This document shows, piece after piece, positions 41,992 to 50,468 of a stretch of 64,000 nt of DNA (positions are counted from its first letter, which is position 1; each line of letters begins with the position of its first letter). This stretch comes from Myxococcota bacterium (GTDB lineage: Bacteria > Myxococcota_A > Polyangia > Nannocystales > Nannocystaceae). The notes under the pieces are model-generated. The model saw only the letters and a list, made by a program, of their open reading frames with translations, was not told the origin of the DNA and ran no database searches. A program made the position numbers and the translations under genes. The stretch covers positions 64,001 through 128,000 of the forward strand of contig JBCCHT010000021.1 in assembly GCA_039028615.1 (NCBI GenBank). Direction: 5' to 3'.

Positions 41992-43509
41992 CTACGGGAA
42001 GCTCGCGTGGCAGGGGTCGGTATTGGCCGCGCCCGGAGTACCGTAGTTGTTCGGGCTGCCCACGATGAGCTGCGTCGAGTGGCACCAGTTGGCGAAGTCG
42101 TCGTTGGACACGGTGTCGAGGACGCCGACCTCCAGCTTGAAAGACAAGCCGTTGTCATCGGGCCCGTAGTTGATCCAGCCCGGGATCTGGTCGAGGACCC
42201 CCGACGAGTTCGCGATGACGGCGAAATCTTCGCCGTTGTCGTGGAAGATCGGCAGCTGGGTGTTGGTGAACGTGTGGGGACCACCGCCCACGTCGGTCCA
42301 TGCGCCATCGGTCCATTCCGTCTCGTCGACCTTACCGATGGTCGCGTACGTCCCGGGGAGCACGACGAAAGGCTGGTCCACGATGGCTTCGTCGCTCAGG
42401 TCCTGATCTTGAATCCGTAGGCCGTTCAGGTCGATGGGATAGGCGGCGGCGTTGTAGACCTCGAGCCACTCGCAGAAGTTGTTGCCGCCGTTGGAGCATT
42501 GGGGCGACTCCATGACCTCGGTGATGACCAGGTCACCCACGGTGAGCCAGTCGACGCCGACGGGGCCGAGGGCGTAGTCGCCGAAGTCCGAGGGCATGCG
42601 CGGAGCGAGCTTGTACTCACCCTCGGCGAAGTGGATGGGGCCCTGGATGTACGAGAAGGTCGCTCCGATCCGAAACCCGGGAAACTCGGCCGCGCCGTCG
42701 ACGAGGACATCGAAAAGGTAGTCGTCGATGGTCCCGGGTGCAGACATGTCGTCGGCGGTGAACTCACCTGCGCCGAGCAACGCGGCGACCCCGATGTCCG
42801 CCTCGATGCGCACGAAGACGCCCTCCCACCCCTCGGCGGCCAGGCCGAGCAGATGAATGAGTGCGATGGGGTTGGGCACGGGTAAGGCAGGCAGGGACCC
42901 CGTCTCGACGACCGTGCCCATCGTCGCGTCGATCTCGGTGCGGTCGTCGACCTCGGCGACGACCCCGACGATATCGACGATGTCGCCGACCTCGAGGCCG
43001 CTGATGTCGGGACTGGCCGGGCCGGCTCCGACGAAGACGTGCACGCCGCTGAACTGACCCCCGGGCTCTTCCTGAGCGTAGAAGGCATCGCCCCTGACGC
43101 CCGTGACCCACACGGAGCGCACATCGACCATCGTGCCTTCGGGCAGCAGGCCCTCTTGGATCTCGTAGATGGTGTCGTCCTGGAACTCACCGGTCGTGCC
43201 ATCGCCCGTCGTGTCGTCGCCGGTCGTATCGCCACCCGTCGTGTCCCCGCCGGTCGTATCGTCGTTGGCGCTGGTGGAGCCTTCGCTCGCCGCATCGGCG
43301 CCACCGCCCGTGCTGCCTTGCTCGCCAGTCGAGTTCGCCGTCGTCGCGTTTGCCGTCGTGCTCGTCATTCCTCCGGTCTCGTTGTTTCCGGTCGTGATGC
43401 TCGTGGCCCCACCGGTCGAGTCGTCGGCCTGCGGGCTCACGTCGTCGGAGCAGGCGCCCAACGTCACCAGTGTCGACCATGCCAAGAACCATCGGATCGG
43501 GGAGTCCAT
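41992..43509 (-). CDS. lipoprotein with OB-fold-like and lamin-tail domains
   Basis: TLGAC lipobox; DTTG repeats; TIYEIQ..VTGV..FYAQE..FSGVHVF..GDIVDIVG; LVITEVM..EWLEVYN..IDLNGLRI; GTPGAAN. Confidence 0.85.
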   Translation of the reverse strand: MDSPIRWFLAWSTLVTLGACSDDVSPQADDSTGGATSITTGNNETGGMTSTTANATTANSTGEQGSTGGGADAASEGSTSANDDTTGGDTTGGDTTGDDTTGDGTTGEFQDDTIYEIQEGLLPEGTMVDVRSVWVTGVRGDAFYAQEEPGGQFSGVHVFVGAGPASPDISGLEVGDIVDIVGVVAEVDDRTEIDATMGTVVETGSLPALPVPNPIALIHLLGLAAEGWEGVFVRIEADIGVAALLGAGEFTADDMSAPGTIDDYLFDVLVDGAAEFPGFRIGATFSYIQGPIHFAEGEYKLAPRMPSDFGDYALGPVGVDWLTVGDLVITEVMESPQCSNGGNNFCEWLEVYNAAAYPIDLNGLRIQDQDLSDEAIVDQPFVVLPGTYATIGKVDETEWTDGAWTDVGGGPHTFTNTQLPIFHDNGEDFAVIANSSGVLDQIPGWINYGPDDNGLSFKLEVGVLDTVSNDDFANWCHSTQLIVGSPNNYGTPGAANTDPCHASFP

Positions 43510-43515
43510 GGTCGC

Positions 43516-43543
43516 AACCTAGCCCTGGGGCTGTAGGCATCAA
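43516..43543 (-). promoter_or_regulatory. possible sigma70-like promoter TTGATG-N16-TAGGTT (would give a leaderless mRNA)
   Basis: -10-like hexamer 6 nt before ATG 43509; no obvious RBS. Confidence 0.3.
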
Positions 43544-43585
43544 GTGCGCAAAATTGGCTGCTGCATCTACGCAAAATGTTCATGC

Positions 43586-43619
43586 TGCGAGAGCCGCATA
43601 GTTGCCTGCAGGATGCGCA
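43586..43619. promoter_or_regulatory. two TGC-N7-GCA dyads 21 bp apart (LysR-box-like)
   Basis: TGCgagagccGCA 43586-43598 and TGCaggatgcGCA 43607-43619 in a lower-GC intergenic stretch. Confidence 0.35.
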
Positions 43620-44008
43620 TATTTTCTATGGGGGACTTGAATCATGCAGGAGGGTGATCGCATTAAGGGCACTCGATGTGGGTCGTTCTCTACCTGTGGG
43701 CTCGTGGTCTGCGTCGAGAAAATCGAGCTGCCGCGGTTGCTGTTCATCACTCGGTGGAGAAACATCAGTGCCCGCGCACCGTGCGTTCTTGTTGAGTCGA
43801 GGTCAGCGGGGGGAACCGTCGGCGAATCGAACTCGAGCGGTCGCAACGCTCGGCGTGGGGGTGATCGATGTGGCCCGGGATCCGGCGCGAGGCCGACCTG
43901 TGCGCGCCGTCGCGTAGAACGAACGAAGAGCCCTCGGCAGCCCGTCGTGGGGTCGAGCGAGCGAGGTGGATGGTCGCTCACTCCTGCCTGTCGCTCGTTC
44001 CCTCTTCG

Positions 44009-44158
44009 TGGTCCCGTTGCGCTCACGACGTCTTCAGCTCTTCCCGCGTCGCGGCGGCACCTCGCTCGCCTCGTGGGCTCGACATAGAAACCGTCGCAGC
44101 GTTGCCCATGGACGCTGCCCACCACGAGGTGGCCGAATTCGTGGTGCAGCAATATCCA
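44009..44158 (-). pseudogene. possible decayed M50 (site-2 protease-like) fragment
   Basis: WILLHHEFGHLVVGSVHG..FYVEP...EDVVSATGP; flanks are not protein-like. Confidence 0.35.
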
Positions 44159-44646
44159 CGACGAGCCTCTTCGATCGCGTCGGTGAGCCATGGCCGGCCG
44201 AATGGCACCACCAAGCTCGACCTTTGTGGCCCCTCCGCGACGGTGACCCGCACGTCCGGGGACCATCGACGAGCCTGGCCTCGTCGTGAAACGCGGCCGA
44301 CGAGTCGACTCGGGGGCCGCCGATCAGGCTCACGTAGTCCGGTGCCTCGGCCTTGCATTCGACCGTCGCGTTGTCGCTCCGTCGGCGGAGCGTCACACAC
44401 TGAGATCCAGCTGCGCGGCCGAACGATTGAAATGGACAGCGTTCCCGAGTGTGTGTCGGGTGAACGGAACACTGATGAACGGGGTTCGGCTTCTCGGGAG
44501 CGGACCACATCGAAACGATGATGAGAATGGTCGAACGACGCTCACTGACACGATGAACTGATACGGTTTTGATCTCGCCGGGCGGGTCGCATTGACGTGA
44601 CCCGCATCGAGCGATTTGTTGTGAGTTCAGGACGACAGGATGACCA

Positions 44647-45522
44647 ATGCAAGCATCATGGCAATCGACCGATCGTAGATCGCGTCGGCAACGAGTGGTT
44701 TCGAAGCTCGGCGCCCTAGCCTTCGTACTCGGGGCCCTGGGGGCCTCGGGCTGTCCGGGCAGTGGCAAGAGCGATGGACAGTCGGGAGGGAAGCAGACCC
44801 CGCCACCCAAGGCCGACGGTGGAGCGCCGCCGGGTTCGGGCGCGGCGACCGAGGCCAAGTGGAAGCGGGAAGGGACGTTGCGTTACCAGTACGAAGGAGC
44901 GCGGCCGAAGACCGGTCCCAAGGCCACGGAGACGCTCGCCATCACCTTCGAGGCGGGTGGTGATGCCAAGATCAAGGGCGCTTCGGGGGCGGCCGACGTC
45001 ACCTTCGGCGAGGACGGGACCATCGTGGTCAAGGCCGTGCCCGAGCCCGAGCCGCGACCGGTTCTGCCTGCCTATGTGCACATGTTCCGGGTCGGCCCGG
45101 GGGCGGGCAAAGCCCTGAACGTGGGTGGTGACGCTACGGTTCGCTACCCCGCCGACGCCGATATCCCGCCCACGCAGCTCACCGTGCAGAGCGAAGTGAC
45201 GATGACGCTCACCAAGCTGACGGGTGACGTGGCGCAGTACGACTACGAGTCACGTTATCGGGTGATCGACAACGATGCACTCGAAGCGTTCCGGGCCGAA
45301 GCGGAGGGCATCGGGGCCAAGGACGAGATCGACGCAATCCTCGAGGGCTCGGCCGACTTCCGCCTCGCGGGCTTCGGTGAGGTCGAGTTCGACGTGGCCA
45401 AGGGGAAGATGCTCACCGCCAGCTACACGGGCGCGGGGCTGCCCCTCGAGGCGCTCGATCGTGAGGCGTTGTCCAACCACGAAGATGCCATTCACTACAC
45501 CCTGAACCTGCAAGGAAGTTGA
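44647..45522 (+). CDS. hypothetical lipoprotein
   Basis: LGASGC lipobox; beta-rich mature region. Confidence 0.8.
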   Translation: MQASWQSTDRRSRRQRVVSKLGALAFVLGALGASGCPGSGKSDGQSGGKQTPPPKADGGAPPGSGAATEAKWKREGTLRYQYEGARPKTGPKATETLAITFEAGGDAKIKGASGAADVTFGEDGTIVVKAVPEPEPRPVLPAYVHMFRVGPGAGKALNVGGDATVRYPADADIPPTQLTVQSEVTMTLTKLTGDVAQYDYESRYRVIDNDALEAFRAEAEGIGAKDEIDAILEGSADFRLAGFGEVEFDVAKGKMLTASYTGAGLPLEALDREALSNHEDAIHYTLNLQGS

Positions 45523-45532
45523 GGTCGAGACC

Positions 45533-46357
45533 ATGCCCAACAAGACCCTCATCTTCGTGCCCGTGGCCTCGATGGCCCTCATGCTGCCCAGCTGCGACGA
45601 CAAGCCGCCCAAAGGGATGATCGACGCCCTCACCCATGCGGTGGCGGGCAAGCTCCTGGGCTGCCCCACCAACAAGTGCACCGGGGTCCGGGAGATCAAC
45701 ATCTCCATCAAGGACACCGACGCGACCCTCAAGAAGAAGGCCGAAGAACTCGTCAAGAACTGGTGCCCCGCGTATCAGTTCACCTCCGAGAAGCTGACCA
45801 AGAACGCCTCCGGCGAGTTCTCCAAGCAAGCCGAGTACTCGGTGGCGGTGGTGGGCTTCGGCGAGATTTCGGTCACCACCGAGGACTACGAGGCCGAGGT
45901 CACCGCGGCCGAAGACGGCTGGAAGACGCAGCTCAACCACAGCCACGAGACCGGTACCGGCGAGTGCCAGCCCGACTGGCCCGTGGGGCAGTGCAAGGTA
46001 CAGGCCGAGCTCGAGGTCAAGTCCGACGGCGAGGTGAAGATCTCGTGGATCGCGGGCACCGAGACCAAGACGGCGAGCGGCAAGGGCAGCAAGTTCATCA
46101 AGTTCAAGACCGCCAGCACCCTGCAGTGGTGCGAGAAGCGGAAGCACGACGATCCGCGGACATGCACCGCCTCCGAGGCGACCGACACACCGTCGACCGA
46201 CGTGTCATGCAGCGACCAGTCCGATTGTGCCGGGCTCCAGTGCGGCGAGTGGTTCTGCCAGGATGGGACCTGCACGCTGGCCGAAGCCGCGCCCGCGGGG
46301 ACGCCTTGTGAAGGGGGCACCTGCGAAGCGGGCGGTGTCTGCAAGAAGGCGAGCTGA
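45533..46357 (+). CDS. hypothetical lipoprotein with Cys-rich C-terminus
   Basis: GAGG RBS; MLPSC lipobox; Lys-rich core; GTPCEGGTCEAGGVC tail. Confidence 0.82.
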   Translation: MPNKTLIFVPVASMALMLPSCDDKPPKGMIDALTHAVAGKLLGCPTNKCTGVREINISIKDTDATLKKKAEELVKNWCPAYQFTSEKLTKNASGEFSKQAEYSVAVVGFGEISVTTEDYEAEVTAAEDGWKTQLNHSHETGTGECQPDWPVGQCKVQAELEVKSDGEVKISWIAGTETKTASGKGSKFIKFKTASTLQWCEKRKHDDPRTCTASEATDTPSTDVSCSDQSDCAGLQCGEWFCQDGTCTLAEAAPAGTPCEGGTCEAGGVCKKAS

Positions 46358-46448
46358 GCGGAGTCGCCTCGTCGAACAGCGGTTTGGCGAGGCGGTCGTT
46401 GCCGGCCCCGTGTACTCGATGGCTGGCTAGAGTGGCCTCTCGACTCGT

Positions 46449-47294
46449 TCAGAGATCACGGAGCACGCCGAGGACGCTGCCGATTCGTCGGAAGCCCATC
46501 CGTCGGTAGAACCGCTCCGCGCCTCCGTCTCGCGACGTGACCAGCAACAACCGGTCGAGGTCGAAGCGGGTCGCGGCGTCGCGCCATGCCCACGCCAACA
46601 GGGCACGGCCGATGCCGCGGTTGCGGTGACTCGGGTGGGTGCCGACCGACTGCAGGCGGCCCTGTTTCCCCACCGACACGATGCCCAGCGTGGCGACGAT
46701 TTCGCCATCGAGCCCCGCTCCGTACCAAGCACCGATCTCTGCTGAGTCACCCGCGGTGGTTGGTCGCGGGGCGATCAACGAACGCGACCACGCCAGGCTT
46801 CGCTCCACCGCAACGGGCCCGTACGGCGTGGGCCGTTGCTCATCGACGGCCAGCTCGCATTCCAGAACTCGGGAGACCTCCTGGCTGAGGTCGAACCTCG
46901 AGATCCGCAGAGCGTTTCCCGCGGCGGGGCTCCCGGCTTCGAGTTCGGTCCCGTCGAAGGCCAAGGCGACGTCATCGATGGCCTGAAACCCCTCGGCGAC
47001 GTACGGAGACAGGGTGTTGGCGTCTGCGCCCGGGTCATCCCAGCCGACGCACAGCTGTGGCACCTCGGTCCCTTCGAACTGCTGCTGGAACAGCGCCGCG
47101 ATGCTCTGTGGCGTGTGGTTGTCCGGACTCCCCCGCAACACGAGCATGTTTCCGAACGGATTATCGGGCGCGCTCGGAAGCTCGCAGCGCCAGCCCTCGT
47201 CCAGCTCCTGCAGCGAGCCGAGCGCGGAGTGAATCCCCAGATCGCTACGCCATCCGGGGGAGCGAACTGCGGTGGGGACGTCGAGGGTTGGCAT
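46449..47294 (-). CDS. GNAT-family N-acetyltransferase
   Basis: LQSVGTHPSHRNRGIGRALL acetyl-CoA motif; AERFYRRMGF. Confidence 0.88.
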   Translation of the reverse strand: MPTLDVPTAVRSPGWRSDLGIHSALGSLQELDEGWRCELPSAPDNPFGNMLVLRGSPDNHTPQSIAALFQQQFEGTEVPQLCVGWDDPGADANTLSPYVAEGFQAIDDVALAFDGTELEAGSPAAGNALRISRFDLSQEVSRVLECELAVDEQRPTPYGPVAVERSLAWSRSLIAPRPTTAGDSAEIGAWYGAGLDGEIVATLGIVSVGKQGRLQSVGTHPSHRNRGIGRALLAWAWRDAATRFDLDRLLLVTSRDGGAERFYRRMGFRRIGSVLGVLRDL

Positions 47295-47304
47295 GGCGAG
47301 CCGG

Positions 47305-48474
47305 TCAGGTTGCTGGAGCGTCGCCCGAAGGCTCGGGCCGCGGCGGCACCGTCTGCGCGCTGGACAAGGATCGTAGCTGGGCGCGTATCGTCTCCAGCTC
47401 GCCCGTGAGCTTCTCGTCCATCGCGAGCACGGCCGCGGTGGTGTCCTCTTCCCTGACGAGCACCGAGGTGAGCGTCGCGGTGAAGATACCCACGACCACC
47501 ATCCCAGCGATGATGAGGGCGACGGTGAGCACCCGCCCGGTCCACGTCTGCGGGTTGTGGATGTCGCCGAAGCCACCCGTCACCACCGTCGTGAAGCTCC
47601 ACCACAGTCCCTGGCCCACGTTCTCCACTCCGGCGACGGAGGAGTGACCCTCCAGGTACCAGATGCCCACGCCGCCGAGCACGAGCACCGTCACCAGCAG
47701 CTTGAGCGAGCGACGCATCATGCTCACGTCCATCGCGGCCGCGAGCTGGTCCATGCCGCGCCAGAAGAACAGGATGGTGCGGATGATTCGAAGCAGACGA
47801 ATCAGCCGAATCATCCGGGCGAGGCGAGCGAGGCGGACGATTCGGCCCGCGCGGAGCAGCGACGCCGGAATCGGAATGGACGTGACGAAGTCGAGCCAGT
47901 AGCGGCGCCAGAACCATCGCTTGGAGTCGGCCAAGCGCATGCGCCAGAAGAACTCGCCCAGGAACAGGAAGCACACCACCACGTCGATGAGCTCGAGGAT
48001 CATGTGCGTCTGCTCGGACAGCGGCGCGAGGATCTGAATCATCAACAGGGTGACGACCAAGACGATGAGCGCCATGATGACGCCATCCAACACCATCACC
48101 CGGCGCCGTGAGCCGAGGCGAGCTTCGACCTTCTCGGCGAGGCGGCGCTCTCGGGCGAGGTCGGAGACCTTGTCGCGCTGCGTCTGCAGGGACTCGTAGC
48201 GAGAGGCCACGTCCAGGGCACGCGTGCGCACGCGGTCGAAGGTGGACCAGTCGTGGTCGTTCAGAGCAGCGTCGGCCAGGCCCCGTAGGCGCTCGAGCTC
48301 CGCGACCTCCTGGCGCATCTCGCCCCCGAGCCGCTCCACGATGCCCATCAGGCGTTCGGACGGCAGGTCTTGCAGCCGTCGTCCCACGATGGCCGTGCGT
48401 GCCGCCTCGAAGCGTTGATCGAGATCCGGTGGAGAGCTGATGCTCGCATCGGCTGCGTGCGTCATGGCGGGCAT
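47305..48474 (-). CDS. six-TM voltage-gated K+-channel-like ion transporter
   Basis: S1-S3 (IDVVVCFLFLGEF, WLDFVTSIP); Arg-rich S4; pore LWWSFTTVVTGGFGDI..P.TWTGR. Confidence 0.9.
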   Translation of the reverse strand: MPAMTHAADASISSPPDLDQRFEAARTAIVGRRLQDLPSERLMGIVERLGGEMRQEVAELERLRGLADAALNDHDWSTFDRVRTRALDVASRYESLQTQRDKVSDLARERRLAEKVEARLGSRRRVMVLDGVIMALIVLVVTLLMIQILAPLSEQTHMILELIDVVVCFLFLGEFFWRMRLADSKRWFWRRYWLDFVTSIPIPASLLRAGRIVRLARLARMIRLIRLLRIIRTILFFWRGMDQLAAAMDVSMMRRSLKLLVTVLVLGGVGIWYLEGHSSVAGVENVGQGLWWSFTTVVTGGFGDIHNPQTWTGRVLTVALIIAGMVVVGIFTATLTSVLVREEDTTAAVLAMDEKLTGELETIRAQLRSLSSAQTVPPRPEPSGDAPAT

Positions 48475-48762
48475 CGTAACCGCCGCATGTGGCCCGCAAC
48501 CAGGTTGACGGGGCGCCGGGGGAGGGGAGGCCCAGGCGCGGAGTGGACCGCGGCTGATGAAGCGGGCCGAACCTCGACGTGTCGCGGGTGGGACTCTCCC
48601 GGACAGGGGCGCTGATCCGGGTAACTGCGCACGAGCTCGACCCACGAGCGGCGAGCGGGAAGGACGAACTCGCCGTTCATGGGAGAGTCGCTCGGACCCG
48701 ATCGGATTGCTTTTTGTGTCGAAAAAGTCGCCGAGCCCGGGCGCCCTGCCCCAGGGGGCGTG

Positions 48763-50310
48763 CTAGTCGCAGGCCATCGGATGGGGATCACGCATCCAGT
48801 CCAGGAACTGCTTGCTGCTCACCACCCGAGTCTCGGAGTTGAGCAGCACGTAGTCGAGGAACTCCTCGATCGCTTCCTGTCGCTCGGTATGCGTGGAGCT
48901 CTGCGCACCCGTGTACTTGCTGTTGTAGTAGTCGGTGTGCGCTCCGAAGATGAACGGCGCCCGGTTACCGTCCAGGTGAAGGTCGTAGCTGTACTGCAGC
49001 GTGGCCAGAAACTCGTCCCGGTTCATGTCGAACAGGACCCACAGGTTGTAGTCGAACCCGGTGATCTTGGCGGACGTCGGGTCCCACCACGCGTGGAGAT
49101 CGGCGAGGCGGTCGCGTAGACCGGGCTCGAAGCCATACTGAACCGCGAGGTCGTCGGGGGGCACGATCACCGTGTACAGCGGCAGCTCCCACAGGCCCGG
49201 CTTGGGCGTGATGGGGTCGTTGAGACCCCACGAGACCAGCAGGTCGTGCCCCGGGCTACCGCCGTCGAGGGTGTAGGGCCAAAAGAAGTTCGTGCCGTCC
49301 TGGGCGGGCTGGAAGCCCTCTTCGATCGAGGTGTCGTACCAGAAGTCGTTTTGGGTCAAGACGTCGAGCGCAGCGTCGTTGTACTCGAGGTAGGGCGCAC
49401 GGAAGCCGTAGACCTCCACCGCGGGGACGCCGACGCCAGCGCTCGGGTTGGGCACCCCTATGGCTTCTGCGGGGTCAAAGGGCGCGGTCAGCCAGTCGTT
49501 GCAATTTTCAATCTCGAGCGCCCACGCCATCTCGTTGGATTCCTGGCCATGAGGATGCGTGTGCGTGTGATTCCCGATCTCGTCGCCCTGGTCGTAGGCC
49601 TGCCGCCACGCCTGCTTGTTGTACGTCGGGCTCTCGGAGTGCCACGTCTCGATATAGGTGGAGGTCATGTAGTACGACATGTGAATGGGCGTGCCGTCGT
49701 ACGTCGCCGGATTGCCTTCGCCCGCGGGGTTGGTGCGGGTGTCGGCCAGGCTATTGGCCCATGTCATGCCACCGTCACCTCCGCTGCCTGGGATGCCCGA
49801 GTACGCGTTGTCGTCCCAGCTCAGCACCACGAACATCGGCACTTCGTCGACCATGAGCCCCCCGGGAGGATCTTGAGACGGCGGCACGTCGTCACCGTAC
49901 GCGTAGGTTGCCGGGGGCGAGAGCGGCTCTCCGCATCCGGGCGGCGGATCGGTGTCGGAGCTGCTCGAGTCGGAGCTGCCCGAGTCCGTCTCCCCGTCGT
50001 CGGTGCTGCCCGTGTCGGCCACGCCCGTGTCGGCTCCCCTCGTGTCGGTCCCGTCGGGCGTAGGCCCGCTCGTGTCGGTCCCGTCGGGCGTAGGCCCGCT
50101 CGTGATGCTCCCCGTGTCCGGGCCGTTCCCGCTCGTCTCGTTCGGATCGCTCGGCGTACCGTCGCCTTCGCTCTCGGAGCCGTTCGTGGCCGGGTTGGTC
50201 GTGATCCCGGGGCCGTCGGCAGGAATGTCTCCGCCGCTACTGCTCGGGCAGCCCCACAGGCACGTCGTGGCCAGAGCGGATAGGATGGCGACCGCGTTTC
50301 CCCGTGACAT
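48763..50310 (-). CDS. polysaccharide deacetylase (CE4) lipoprotein
   Basis: VVLSWDD, EIGNHTHTH, GFRAPYL, YDTSI, GNRAPFIFGAH; LWGC lipobox. Confidence 0.9.
   Translation of the reverse strand: MSRGNAVAILSALATTCLWGCPSSSGGDIPADGPGITTNPATNGSESEGDGTPSDPNETSGNGPDTGSITSGPTPDGTDTSGPTPDGTDTRGADTGVADTGSTDDGETDSGSSDSSSSDTDPPPGCGEPLSPPATYAYGDDVPPSQDPPGGLMVDEVPMFVVLSWDDNAYSGIPGSGGDGGMTWANSLADTRTNPAGEGNPATYDGTPIHMSYYMTSTYIETWHSESPTYNKQAWRQAYDQGDEIGNHTHTHPHGQESNEMAWALEIENCNDWLTAPFDPAEAIGVPNPSAGVGVPAVEVYGFRAPYLEYNDAALDVLTQNDFWYDTSIEEGFQPAQDGTNFFWPYTLDGGSPGHDLLVSWGLNDPITPKPGLWELPLYTVIVPPDDLAVQYGFEPGLRDRLADLHAWWDPTSAKITGFDYNLWVLFDMNRDEFLATLQYSYDLHLDGNRAPFIFGAHTDYYNSKYTGAQSSTHTERQEAIEEFLDYVLLNSETRVVSSKQFLDWMRDPHPMACD
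50040..50104. repeat. perfect 30-bp tandem duplication (TSGPTPDGTD x2)
   Basis: cgtgtcggtcccgtcgggcgtaggcccgct occurs twice, at 50041 and 50071. Confidence 0.95.
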
Positions 50311-50468
50311 CACCTGGCGATCGTTGCATTGCGCCATCGTTCGGCCCCGCCGTTTTGGACCCGACCGATGGCGCTTTCTTATTCAGACGCCGCGTGTCGA
50401 GCTGGAAATCGACGGCGTCTCACCCGTTTTCATCGTGGCTCGTGTCGTTGCCGTAGGGTGTCGCCGCC

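Noticed and set aside
43190..43265. DTTG(G/D) 15-bp repeats, and PG repeats at about 54838-54875
   Set aside because: Ordinary low-complexity linker or tail repeats within proteins.
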